The translations under genes and the position numbers were made by a program. From NCBI RefSeq assembly GCF_006345805.1, contig NC_042998.1:93682001-93746000 (forward strand): a stretch of 64,000 nucleotides of DNA, written 5' to 3'. Position 1 is the stretch's first letter; every line of letters begins with the position of its first letter. The notes beneath the pieces are model-generated. The model made no database searches. It was given only the letters and a program-made list of their open reading frames with translations, and had not been told where the DNA came from. Source of the DNA: Octopus sinensis (Eukaryota). Below are positions 1 to 12,744 of this stretch, in pieces.

Positions 1-1789
1 TATTACTTCTACAGAACTGAGAAACAATGCTGAATTAATCCCTAGAGTAATGTTTTCGTGTCTTAATCCCGTGTTTAATCATTATGCAGCTGAAGATAAA
101 GTTATGCGTTTGTTGGAGACAATACATGCTGTGTTCAGATGTTATGCTTGCAGTTCAATAAACAACATCAAGGACGATGACAGTATTATTAGCAACAGTA
201 AGTGATAAAAAAAAATGTGAATGTTTTAATACGAATTCGAAATGATGACGTAAATAGGCGTTAAATGCGAAATATATGGCAGGTGTTTTGGAACCGTTTT
301 ACCAGGATAAACGGTTCTTTAAGAATATCTCACATGCCACCTGTTATTCTATTGTTTCCCAGAATACTACCATAAACTCACCTTCCTTCAGTTTTGACAT
401 TCAAACGACAAATCTTACTATTTCTATTTCTTTGTCGTCAAATCCTTTTCTAAACAAACGTCAAATGTCTTCCTACGATTTCAGTGTAAGATTTACTGGT
501 GGCCACTAGTTTATGCTAAACCATAATCAACTGTATTAATTAATGGTGAGAGAGAGAGAGAGAGAGAAAAAAAAACAGAAACTCAGTTTGGCAACAGGTT
601 TAACTGTAACTTAATGTCAGAGAAAATTTATAGGCCCCGTATACATTATATTCAAAACATTTAAATCTTCGGACTATTAAGCTGCTTAATATAAAGATTT
701 CTGTTTCTAATTCTGAAAGTGATACATCATCACTTTCTATTTGAAAATAAAAGATGTAGATATATTCTGATTGGTTTTAAATGGGAATTAAACAATAAAA
801 CACCTGGTGTCATGACAGTAGTTATTGTAAGGGAAACAATCACTTCTGGAAGTTGGAATTTTAAATTGAAGAGAATATGCTCAGAATATACATATTTGAT
901 ATTTTTCCTACTCTTAACAAAGCTCTTAGATATTTTTTAATCATTGTTGTCCATGTGTATAGCGCCATTTCATCCTTTTTTGAAATAAGCAGCATAACAT
1001 AACCCCAGGCAAGTAGATTGCACTAAGTTAAGTATTTTATGGAGCGAAACAGTTTAGAAGACATTCAACTAAACAGTAGAATCTAATTACTAATAACCTG
1101 ATGCACTAAATTAAAAAAAAGAAAAGTAAGCAACAATGAATAAATGAAACTTTTTATTCAATTTAGATCTCTTTATAAATTTTAAAATTTCATTTCATTT
1201 GTGAGTCATAAAAAGGTTTCTAAAGATCGTGATGTTAACTCATATGGTTTCGTCTGGTATAAATAAGAAATGTTAAAATAATAATAATAATAAATAAAAA
1301 CCTTATTTATCATTACTCATTCTTTCGAAAATATTGATCTCTCATAAAAGGATAAATTTAGTCAACTATAGGTGGACTCTTGACTTTTCACCTTTAAGTA
1401 TACGGATATCGATAAACAATATTAGTTACCCTACATTTGGAGCCTTCTCTGCTTTGTTTACAAGTTTGGAAATCGAATTTATTACTTTCAGATTCCACTC
1501 CTACCATTTACCACATAGCTCTTTCTTGTAACTGTATTATCTGAACTCGTGATTCCAGTCCCTCTTCCCTAGATTTGCCTCCATCTGTCCTATTGCATAC
1601 TTTCACTGTAGTTTCTTTCGTCTAATAAATAAATAATGTATTTTCTAATAAGAGGGAAGTAGTAATTCTGTGACATTCATGTCTTTTTCAAACGTAATAA
1701 TACTAGGTTAAGTAGAACAATAATAGCAAAGCAGGAATATAAAGTTTGTTCGCCAAAAGTGAAACATATCTTCGTTATTAAGTATGTAA

Positions 1790-2142
1790 ATATATCGACT
1801 TGGAGTGTTATGAATACCACACGCCCCTATACAATCCAGGCTCACAACACATAAATACACTGCAACACAATTTACTTTTCCTCAACAATGTTTAACATTA
1901 TCCCAAAACAAATCAAAGAAGAAAACGATCCCTTCCTCCTCGAACAATATCTCAACAAATTTCTTCGAGCAACTTATGATACATCTCAGTAACTAACAAC
2001 TTCCAGCTTGAATGGACCATGATGTCGCACAACTTGGCTTAAAATGATTTAACAGATTCTATGAAGTGATGCTACTAAGTTAGATACGGTCTGGGTCAAT
2101 TTTTGGCCGAAACGTATCTAAATTTATCTAAGTTTATGTAAG
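1790..2142 (+). mobile_element. Decayed 3' end of a CR1-like LINE
   Basis: Translates to MFNIIPKQIKEENDPFLLEQYLNKFLRA, resembling the CR1 ORF2 C-terminus. Followed by a short tandem tail (tatctaaatt/tatctaagtt/tatgtaag). Confidence 0.5.
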
Positions 2143-2734
2143 AAATACGTTACGAACCGAAACGTATTTGACACTTTAGTTCAAGCGTGGGAAACAACGG
2201 CGATGTTTTTTTTAATTTCATTTTATCTTTTTTTTTTTGCAAATGCATTAACAAAATAAATGAATGGAAATAATGTGTTACTCAAGAAGCCAGGTTCGGA
2301 TAGCGAACGCAGTAACCGTGAGAACTGTGGTGTATGCGGGAGATTTGAAGTAAGACACCCATCTTCTCTTCGTCGACTCAGACCTCTCCGGTGGTAACGC
2401 ACCCTTCCACGTGGCCCGACCTTAAAGATCACATTCTCTCTACTCTACGTCTAAGTCCACCATCCAACCAGTAGGGCGCTTTGCGCGTCGAGATCTTCTC
2501 AGGCTAGGCACCTTGTTCTCCTCTCCACGATCGTCATCCGACGAAGCGACAATCCTGCGAAGGTCCAAGACGTGTCGCGGAATTCCATCCACGGAGACGT
2601 TTCTGGAATTGATCGCTGTTACCATTCCTCTGCTTCAGTGAGACGTACAGCGCGCCTTTGGTGGTTTAACCCAGACTTCCTCCCCTATTTTCACGCAGGC
2701 AGGTTCCTTCTCTTCCTCATGACACTCCGGCACT

Positions 2735-3995
2735 TTACTCGCATTCGTATTTAAATAGCGCTCTGTGTGGCACAGATTCTTCAGCTTGTCCGGATTGGGG
2801 AGACATGTTGTACCAGAAAACTGCTTCCAGCGGCGAAATGTGCCCTCTTTCCGCTATGGCATTGAATGCCCGATGGTGCCTCTCTACGATTCCGCTACCA
2901 CTCGACCTATACGCTGCTTTGAACAAGCGATGCACTTTCCACCGAACGAAACGTCGCTCCGTTGTCCATTTGCAGTTCTTCCACGGGATCCTTCTCTAAA
3001 AATATCCCGTTCAAAATCTGCGCAATCTCGTCAGCAATGCCCGTTCTCAACTCCCTCCAAATGGCCAGCTGGCCCGGCTCGCAGTCGACCATGGAGAGAT
3101 ACATTCCCTGACGGTAGTGCGTCACATCCACAGCTAGTCTCTTCCAGTTGTGCTCCACCGAAAGGTTTCCTTGCTCATGCCCATACAGAGTAGGGTCAAT
3201 GGACTGACACCTGTCGCAGCTCCCGATTACTTTCCGGATGCTTCTCCTAGTGACGTCAGCATCAATGATCTTCGCGAGATACAGGGTCCTGTTCACACCC
3301 AAATGATGCATAGCGTGCAGTCTCTTCAGTTCGGAGTCATCCAACCGACACGCCACAGCTATCCCTTTCTTTACCTCCTCCAGTTCCGCCACCAACGCCC
3401 TTTTCACCCTGGTCAGTGCATCTGCCCTGTTTCTCTCCGAAGGCACGAAAACTACGTTCAGCTTCAGTCCAAACTCGGCAATCAATTCTCCTAGAACTCC
3501 TAGACGGCAGTTCACCAACATCTCCGCGGTACCTTTCGTCCGAAATCTCCTCTCACCGGTAATCACCGATCCTACCCAGTCAAGCACTGCGGCCGAATCC
3601 GTCAGGATTTCGATTGAGCGCAGACTCCATTTCAGGGCCAAGTTAACCCCCTTCAGCACCGTGTCTGATTCGGCAACATTGATGTGGTTAAATTCGTCTG
3701 CTTTCCGAAGCCAAACCGCGTCCTTCTCCTCAGCGCCTTCGATCTCCAATACAACCCCTATCGCTATACTGCTAGCATCACACCAGGCGATCCCGCATTC
3801 CGTCTTGGGCACATACCAGTTCCCCCTGACCGGGTCTTCCGCTCTCGTCCTCTCTAGGATTTCCTGCATCATCGTCACCGTCCCTTCTCCCATCTTGTCG
3901 CCCCAACTCTCCCCCTCCGCTCGTCTCTTGGTGTAACTGCACGCTGTACGCAGCCATCCAGCGATCGGATAGTGACCGACCAACTTCCCACACAC
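2735..3995 (-). pseudogene. RNase H + integrase of the LTR element (frameshifted)
   Basis: RNase H motifs WCDASS, HINVAE, TDS and NRADALTR. HHCC (HAMHHLG...CDRC). DDE core AVDVTH, MDNGATF and GIVERHHR, the last in a shifted frame. Confidence 0.85.
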
Positions 3996-4101
3996 CGAGA
4001 ACAGCTCTCTCCTGCTGACGCTGAAACTCAGCTCTGGGATTCAGAGATGGCACTCCACCCACTACCTCCTCCTCCCACGGAACAAGGCCTCCTTCCTCGA
4101 T

Positions 4102-4641
4102 CTACCTCTCTACCTTGTCTTCGAACTCGACCCTGGCGTGACCTTTCAGGGTACGCTGGTAGCAGCTCACCCTGTTCTTCAACATCGGGGGCTCGTCTTT
4201 ACATCGCCACTCTATCGTCCACCACTGACCATCGAACGCCGCCTGAAAATCCTTGTCCTCAATGGTGTATGCGGCGCAGTCCCTCGCGGGGCTCTGCTTT
4301 CTCCAGCGATCCTGACTCACAGCGCACCACGCCCCCACGCTTCCGAACGTGACCTCATCACCTACAATACTGACATCACCGAGGCGGTTGATGGTGTCCA
4401 TCCCCATCACTACATCAACCCCGTCTATCACGCGTTCAACCACAATTACCTGCAGCCTTAGCGTCGCGCCTCGCACCACTATCTCTACATTGCTGCTGCC
4501 TTTGCATCGGATTTCGCTGCCGTCGACCGCCCGGACGCTACTTGTCCCCTTCCATTTCTTCGCCACCTTGAAGTCACGAGGGTGGTCGTGCAACCCGTAT
4601 CCACGAGGGTCTACGTCGTCAGGGAACCCACTTACGAACAC
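4102..4641 (-). pseudogene. Aspartic protease / pre-RT fragment of the LTR element
   Basis: VRAVDGSEIRCKG...VDVVMGMDTI resembles the C-terminal half of a retropepsin. No catalytic DTG motif is present. Confidence 0.6.
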
Positions 4642-4713
4642 TAGTCGCGCTGCTCTGTCCAGGCCTTCTCCCGTAAACCCAGCCAGCGTGGCCAGCCTAC
4701 GTACCTCCGTCGC

Positions 4714-5019
4714 TTATTCATCCACCTGCTCTCCTGTCCATCTAATTGTACCCAGCTTAACAAAGGCTGTATATTCACACTCGGTGTAAGCATCTCTCAG
4801 ACGTTGCTCAGTCTTCTCCTCACTCAGTCGTTCTTCTTCGTCCATCTCGAGATATAGAGTCAACGCGCTCCCTTCCAAATATAGTGCCATAAGGTTCGCC
4901 ATGTCGCTAATGCCTTGCAATCTCACCACAAGCCTGAGTTTACGCATCCAGGCCACTATATCGCCCTCACCATTAAATGGTCTGATAACGTCGCTGGCGA
5001 TCCTGATTCTAGCTGCCAT
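4714..5019 (-). pseudogene. gag N-terminal fragment of the LTR element
   Basis: IRPFNGEGDIVAWMRKLRLV...LYLEGSALTLY is gag-like. Starts just after the 5' LTR and has a premature stop. Confidence 0.7.
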
Positions 5020-5475
5020 CGTGGTGACGTCTTATGGTGGAGTGCCGAAATAACTTGTGGTGTATGCGGGAGATTTGAAGTAAGACACCTACCTTCTCTT
5101 CGTCAACGTAGATCTCTCCGGTGGTGACGCACCCTTCCACGTGGCCCGACCCGAACGCTAAAAATAGCAGCTGCTTTTCCCTCACCTTATCGAAGCGCTC
5201 ACACGTCCAGCACTGTCAGCTACCCCGATCGAAAAGGCCCAATCTTGCCCTGCCTGTGCGCGCGTCACTCCTCCCCTTCCTCTTCCGGTCAGCTCCCAAG
5301 TTCCGGTCAGCACCACAGCTGACAACAATAAATTTTAAAAATAACAAAGAATGGCGAACAATTTATGCTAAAAGAGTTGTTATTTATCAGCAGCAGTAAT
5401 ATTTGAAGTAGTATATTAGTTTTGTATCTCCTCTTGCTATGAAGTATATTGGTTGTAGAAGAGATGGTTTTGCTA

Positions 5476-5553
<78 letters not shown>

Positions 5554-5570
5554 CATCATCATCATTATTA

Positions 5571-5784
5571 AGGCAGCGAACTGGCAGAAACGTTAGCACG
5601 CCGGGCGAAATGCTTAGCAGTATTTTGTCTGCCGCTACGTTCAGAGTTCAAATTCCGCCGAGGTCAACTTTGCCTTTCATCCTTTCGGGATCGATTAAAT
5701 AAGTACCAGTTGCGCACTGGGGTCGATATAATCGACTTAATCCGTTTGTCTGTCCTTGTTTGTCCCCTCTGTGTGTAGCCCCTT
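5571..5784 (+). mobile_element. tRNA-derived SINE, family A
   Basis: aggcagcgaactggcagaa head and a gagttcaaattcc B box. Further copies in the window at ~8020, 12745, 14351, 34063 and 42128. Confidence 0.85.
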
Positions 5785-6028
5785 CTGGTGCTGGTGGTGC
5801 TGGTGATGGTGGTGATTGCAGTGTCGCTAGTATTTATTTGGACATGATGTAGCTTCATTAGAATTAAAGAAGCTGATACATTGATATATATATATATATA
5901 TATATAAAAGTTTTTCAAAATTAAAAATTACTTTCAATTTTTATATTAAGGTTTCTTCAATCACACCTTTGAAGTTACATATTTCCTTTTATAGAGAAAA
6001 AAGAAAGCAAAGCATTTAACAACTATCA

Positions 6029-6063
<35 letters not shown>

Positions 6064-7069
6064 AAATAAATAACACATTAATGTCGTTATTATTTTTATG
6101 CAAAATAGTAGTAGCAGCAGTAGTAGCATTATTATCGTTATTTTTATCTTCATTATGTTTTTTTTTAATTAGTAATTTGTCATCTCTTAGACTTCAGTAG
6201 AAAAGGAATCCATTTATGGAATCCCGAACAATAAACTACTGTTATTTGTTGTTGTTTTGTTTTCCGTGACCTCACATTCCACTCCAAAACTCTTCAGGGA
6301 GTGTGACAGTCAATAAAGAGAATTACCGACTAAACTTTAAAATTGTTATTTGATAATTAGTGAGGGAAATTATAGCCCACTAGTCTACTGCGTACGTGTT
6401 TCCGGTCACGACGTAGGTTCCGGCAAAGCGAAAACTTAAAACAGAAATAGAACGTTAAAAATTACAGATCTTTTTCATTCTTTTTATTAATAAATGCATT
6501 GTCTATTTTAGTCGGTTACAATTTCCTTTACGTTTTCTAATTCTTAAGACAGGTCTAATGTGGAAAGCGAAGATATAAAGCAAGAAAAAAGTGAGACAAA
6601 GAGATAGAGAGATAGATAAACAGATAGGTAAAGAGAAAGAGTGGGGAGAGAGTAATAATGAAATAAATGGAGAAAACGATGGGTGTTTTTAATCATTAGA
6701 GACATTAAAAATATATGAGTGTTTAAATTGTCCCTTATTGCTTTCTTTTTGCTCTATAAAACGTGTTTGTTGATTTATCATACAAATGAATGTGCGTACG
6801 TGACTGTCTTGTCTTTTGTATAAACAGATAGGCAAGAGGCTCCACATGCACGTACGCACACGTACACTCCCACACGCTCGCTCGCTCGCATGCACGCAGA
6901 AACACGCGCGCACGCGGCATTTTGCTAACGTTAGAACAACAGGAGTAAGAGGGTGGGGCAGTTAGGTGAGAGAACCTCGCAAAGATGCTTGAATGCTCCC
7001 TCTCTTTGTTTATCGTAAGATAACTTTCGACACACAGCTGAGATGTGTCATCAAATCACCCCAATTTAA

Positions 7070-7101
<32 letters not shown>

Positions 7102-7940
7102 GCGCTGGTGCTACTACTTCATCGGAGAAGACAACACATGTCCAGTATGAACGATTCCTTTTGGGTTGAGCCAAATCAGTGCGTATAGATTATGTTATAT
7201 CGGACCGTGAACCTCCTCCTTCTTTGAAGTATTATATGTGGTTTGTGCGCGCGCGCGTGTGTGTGTATGTGCGTGCACGCGCGCACACACGTGGGAGTGT
7301 GTGTGTGCGTGTGATTGTGTGTAGGAGTGAGAGGGAGAGAGAGCGAGAGAAGGAGAAAGTGAATGGTGTATGTGTGAGCGAATGAATGCGTGTATGTGTG
7401 CGTGTATATGTAAGTGCATACATTTATGTATACACATATGTGTGTGTATGTGTATATGAATCTATGGGATCTTTTCACTTTGACCGCCAGATTTTTAAAA
7501 TAAGTTCTTTGTAACTAAACACTTTAAAACTTCGTATACTGGTAGAATGTGTTACATAAAACATCTTTTTCTCTTGGCTTTCTTGAGAAAATTCTGTAGT
7601 TTGTAAGCTATTTCTTGTTAAATTTCTAGCAATTCTGCATTTTCAACCAATCAATGACGTCTATTGAGGTGAATACAATTTCTGCGGTTGTTTGTCAATG
7701 CGGTGTCTACTCAATTTGTCACTGTTATTTATGACATATTTCATATCAGTTACGTTCGTATGAATAAAAGATTATCGTTATTAAAATTTTATTAATAAAC
7801 ACATATTCTAAGTTCACAACATATGCAGTTTTAATTTTCCTCTCTGTTGCACAGATACACACATTACATATTATATATTCGTTTAAGAAACAGATTGGGT
7901 TTATTTACATTTCTGAAGAAAAAAGATACCCTTCACCCAC

Positions 7941-7984
7941 CCCTAACCCTAACCCCTAACCCCTAACCCTAACCCTAACCCTAA
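7941..7984 (-). repeat. Interstitial telomere-type (TTAGGG)n array inside a ~500-bp unclassified segment
   Basis: About 7 units of ccctaa, two of them as cccctaa. Confidence 0.85.
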
Positions 7985-8019
7985 AACAGATTGAAATGCA
8001 ATAGATCGATACTTTATAA

Positions 8020-8205
8020 AGGCGGCGAGCTAGCAGAATCGTTAGCACACTGGGCTTGACAGCTTTTCGTCTATCTTTACGTTCTGAGTTCAAATTCCGC
8101 CGGGGTAGACTTAGCTTTTCATTCTTTCGGAGTCGATAAAATAAGTACCAGGTTATTAATGGAGCTGATGAAAATTTGAAGCTTTGTGCCTATAGTAGAA
8201 ATAAT
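8020..8205 (+). mobile_element. SINE family A copy
   Basis: ggcggcgagctagcagaatc head and gagttcaaattcc B box. Confidence 0.8.
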
Positions 8206-9073
8206 TATAATTATCATTTATTTTGTTAATCATGTACAAGTACGTGTGTATTCGTCATTATTTTATTTATTTAATTATTTAATGTGCAATATATATTGAG
8301 TGTTAATCACCATTGCCTTCTTCTTCCTTTTGTGTGTGTGTGTAATGTGTGTGTAATATTTTGCCTCTTTATATATGATATTTCGCATTAGTTAATCCGT
8401 CTCCCAGTTCCTAGCGCACAAAATTGAGTTGAAAACGTCAATGGACCAAAGTAGAAACATTAGCACCAAAGAGTGGTGTACCATGAACAAAGCAGCTTGA
8501 TAGCCAGATATATCTTGTTTGTGTTATTTATCCTCCATTCTTACAATCGAAAATGGACGTCACTGCACATTTTTCTTACTTTTCGTGATCATTCTTTTTC
8601 TTGTCTTACTCATACAGTTATCAAAACAGTTCGGGTTTATTAAGTATTTAAGATTGAATCCACAAAACATGATTATCAGGGAGTGTAGTAAGGCGTCATT
8701 CAACTATTTTTCAGATCTACTACCAGGTTACCTATCCGAAGTGATAACCTCTCTTTTCATGTGTAAATTGCGTCTTAGTATATTGCAAAATACTTTCTAT
8801 ATCGTAATTAGTTTTTCCTCCGTGAAGTGCATAGACGGATGTTCACTATTATAAACGTTATTTCTGCTACGAACCTAATTTTGTCTTCTAAGATGTAAAT
8901 ATAATTAAGCCTTTTCTTATTTATTATATTTTTCATCATCTCACTTATCGGGTCCGTCTTTGTGGCTCCAGTATAATTCCTTTATGTTTTCTGCAAACTT
9001 ATTTCAACATTCTGTAAACAGGAACTGGTAAAAACCACGTCACAGGTCATAACTCCATGTATATATATATATA

Positions 9074-9194
9074 CATTGCTCGAAACATTAAACCATTTTT
9101 CCTTCCTTCCCTGAGCGTCTGCTAATACTTTACCTGTACCACGTCCTCGTGTTGTTGTGTGTTTTGTGTTTGTTGTTCTTTTTGGGGATTTACT
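9074..9194 (+). mobile_element. Penelope/Neptune pLTR end fragment
   Basis: gctcgaaac...ttccctgagcgtc is similar to the reverse complement of 50690-50755. Flanked by (TA)n. Confidence 0.5.
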
Positions 9195-9378
<184 letters not shown>

Positions 9379-9379
9379 G

Positions 9380-9690
9380 TGGAGGCGCAATGGCCCAGTG
9401 GTTAGGGCAGCGGACTCGCGGTTGTAGGATCGTGGTTTCGATTCCCAGACCGGGCATTGTGAGTGTTTATTGAGCGAAAACACCTAAAGCTCCACGCGGT
9501 TCCGGCAGGGAGTGGTGGCGATCCCTGCTGTACTCTTTCGCCACAACTTTATCTTACTCTTTCTTCTGTTGGCCAGCTCGCTTAGCCAGCGGGGTGGCGT
9601 CATTTGAAGGCTAAAACAATGCGAATCGCTTGTGACCTGCGATGTGTAACAACATCTGATAGCCTGGTCGGTCACGGTGATCACGGTGAT
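9380..9690 (+). mobile_element. tRNA-derived SINE, family C (full length)
   Basis: A box tggcccagtgg, B box ggtttcgattcc, and a tandem tail (cacggtgat)2. A partial reverse copy lies at 63712-63832. Confidence 0.85.
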
Positions 9691-9703
9691 ATATAGATAT
9701 ATG

Positions 9704-9812
<109 letters not shown>

Positions 9813-9905
9813 ACTATATATATATATATGACTATATATATGTGTATATATATATATATACGTATATATATATGTGTGTGTATATATATATATATTTTTC
9901 TTTTT

Positions 9906-12068
9906 TTTTCTATTACCCAAGCTTCTTTATCTGCTCTCTCCTTTTCATGGGACTGATGCAGACTTTTCTCAATTTCCATTAGCATTCTCTCGAGCCGAGA
10001 CTTCTCACCACTTTTGGTGTGCTTGCTCAGGCGATTCGCAATCCTTGTCCGTCGTCTCATAAGAATCTTCCTTTCTCTAGGGATCCTGTTTTTGTTTTTG
10101 TGTGTGCTGGCCCTGCACACTGGGACATATTTGTCACATATGGCTTGTATTATGGACATGAAGTGTTTGTGTTTCATGTTTATGTCCGGTGTGGAGAGAC
10201 ATTTAGGCCAATTCCTGTTTGAGGATCTCTTTCTCAATCAACTACCAGTTTGCTTTATGAAAGTTTAGGTTGGAGAGATGGTGGATGCTTCGTATAGGCT
10301 GTGTGTCTACGGGGACTTTTGTTCCATACATAGACAGCTCTATTATGTTGTGATCCGAGATCATTGTCGGCATCACATTAACATTATGGATAATATCCAT
10401 ATTGTTTGTGAAGCAGAGATCCAGTATATTATCTGCCCTTGTTGGTTGCAGAACTATTTGCTCCATGAAAGAGGCATTTGTGAGATGGAGCAGGGACTCT
10501 GCCTGTGCCTGCTGATGGTGTGTCATCCCTGGGGGCATCTGCCCCCCAGGCCATTCCACATTGGGGAGGTTAAAGTCACCCATGAAGAATACACGGTTGT
10601 GTTGTTCAAGGTTGGTGAGGACTTCTCCTATTTTTGTTAGGCAGTCTTCAAACATGCCTGAGTGATTTGGGGCATCTGGTGGGCGATATGTAGTGCATAT
10701 GACGATATTCAGTTGTCTTATGTGTACAATATGAGTTTCACACACTGAGTTTGAATATGACAACAGGACCTGGGGCGTGAGGTCATATCGGATGTACATT
10801 GCAACTCCACCATGGCTCCTCCCTTTTCTATCTGTGCGTATGACTGCATATTGCGGCATGTGTATTTCTGCATCACCTATATCGGGTTCAAGATGCGTTT
10901 CTGTGAGTGCCATGCATATAGCTTGATTGCATGTCACAAGGTCTCTCAGGAATGAGATTTTCCTTTTACAGTTTCCGCGCAGCAGCCCTCCTACGTACAG
11001 TAGAAATATTTTTGTGGTGTGTGTGTTGGTGTTGGTGTCTGTGGTGGCCATCCTGCATCTGTCGGTGGTGGCCTTATGTGGTGGCTCCTCCCTTTTCTAT
11101 CTGTGCGTATGACTGCATATTGCGGCATGTGTATTTCTGCATCACCTATATCGGGTTCAAGATGCGTTTCTGTGAGTGCCATGCATATAGCTTGATTGCA
11201 TGTCACAAGGTCTCTCAGGAATGAGATTTTCCTTTTACAGTTTCCGCGCAGCAGCCCTCCTACGTACAGTAGAAATATTTTTGTGATGTGTGTGTTGGTG
11301 TTGGTGTCTGTGGTGGCCATCCTGCATCTGTCGGTGGTGGCCTTATGTGGTGGTAGTTCCAGCTTTGTGCTTGTAGCCAGGTCAGCTGCTGAACAATTTT
11401 TTGTGCCATGCACAAAAAAGATTGCTGTTCAGCTGCTGCCCTTCTCACATCTGGGTGAAGCTGGCCATTTGTTGGGTTACCGCGCACCACATCCGCATAT
11501 CGTCTTTCAGGAGTGGTCAGTGCGCTTTTTTTCCTTCTTTTATATTTTTCTTTTTCTTTTTCTTTTTGCTCTCCCCAAGGGAGGGACCCCTGTCTCGCGT
11601 CCGTGCGGTTTTGGTAGGGCCTCTGATGTGCAAAGCGACAGTTCGCACCTTCGACGCCGTAACAGCAGTCCCCCCTTCAGGTAGAATTTGCAGATGTTTC
11701 TTTCTTTGCCCTTATAGTTCTTGCTGGGGTCCTTTTGTTTTCTCTGGACAGGGTTTCTTTTAGCTTTGATTTTCTTGCCTTTTACCTCCTGTTTCCCATC
11801 AATTTTAGGGTGCTTTTCTTTTCTTGCAGTCAACGCACCTCTTTGGTCTTCAGTTGTGGTGTTGGGAGCTGGACATGTGTCATTGTTTCCTTGTGTTCTA
11901 GGTTTCTCGGTTTTGTTTTTTGTTGGGTCCTGGATGTTTTCTTCATCCTTTTGGCTTTCCCTGGTGCCGTCACCTCCTAGGATGATGTCCAGAGTGTCTA
12001 CATGTTGCCTGATTAGAGCGTATGAACGGATAAATTCTCGTTTCTTTCGCTCTATCTGGGCGGTGGTT
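9906..12068 (-). mobile_element. CR1/L2-group LINE fragment: end of ORF1 plus APE endonuclease, no RT
   Basis: ORF1 with a CCCH-like CKFYLKG motif. APE motifs ALTETHL, RTDRKGRSHGGVAMY, YRPP, MGDFNLP, PTRADNILDL and SDHN. Both ends abut (TA)-rich tracts. Confidence 0.88.
10242..11051 (-). pseudogene. LINE ORF2 apurinic-like endonuclease domain
   Basis: 269-aa ORF containing the canonical APE motifs. It continues in 9906-10237 after a stop. Confidence 0.88.
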
Positions 12069-12183
12069 ATATATGTATATATATGTGTGTGCATATATAT
12101 GTATATATATGTGTGTGTATATATGTATGTATATATACATATATATACACACACATATATATACACACACATACATACGCACA

Positions 12184-12253
<70 letters not shown>

Positions 12254-12302
12254 ATATATATATATATATATAATACATATTTTTGCATATATACATATAT
12301 AT

Positions 12303-12505
12303 CATTAGCCTTGATTGATCGCTAGTCACTAGACTTTTTTATTTTCTCTCTCTGCTTATTTCTATGTTCCTTTCTGTTGAAGAGCATAGGCTCGAAACGT
12401 AAAAGACTTTCTCACTTACCCACCGTTAAACTAATATATCTGTTTGTTGTTTACACACCCGTCTTCGTCTTTTGTTTTGTTTTGTTTTTTGTAAATAACA
12501 ACTAT
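12303..12505 (+). mobile_element. Penelope/Neptune pLTR fragment with a degenerate minimal hammerhead
   Basis: tgttgaagagcataggctcgaaacgtaa. A homologous copy is at 30632-30820. Both lie in (TA)n. Confidence 0.6.
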
Positions 12506-12607
12506 ATATGTGTGTGTGTGTGTGTGTGTGCGTATGTATATATGTGTGTATATATATATGCATATATTTATGTATATATATGTGTATATATATATAATAT
12601 ATATATA

Positions 12608-12665
<58 letters not shown>

Positions 12666-12744
12666 CTGTTTTTCAATAAGTTACCGAGGCATGGATCATC
12701 CCTCAGATGATTATCTTATTGACGAAATATATTAGCAAATATTA

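Larger units (their letters stand above)
2326..5317 (-). mobile_element. Gypsy-type LTR retrotransposon, internally deleted (RT core missing)
   Basis: Full LTR 5056-5317 bounded by TGTGGTG...CACCACA. Partial second LTR 2326-2421 matches 5056-5151. Internal order on the minus strand is gag, protease, RNase H, integrase. Confidence 0.88.

Noticed and set aside
2765-5399. Plus-strand ORFs over the LTR element
   Set aside because: Antisense shadows of GC-rich gag-pol sequence with no motifs.
7069-7188. MLLLLLLLLLLALVLLL signal-peptide-like mini-ORF
   Set aside because: Produced by the (CTG)n run, ends after about 39 codons, and has no convincing splice donor.
9380-9455. tRNA gene
   Set aside because: The tRNA-like head continues into a SINE body and tail found elsewhere in the window, and has no proper acceptor stem or terminator.
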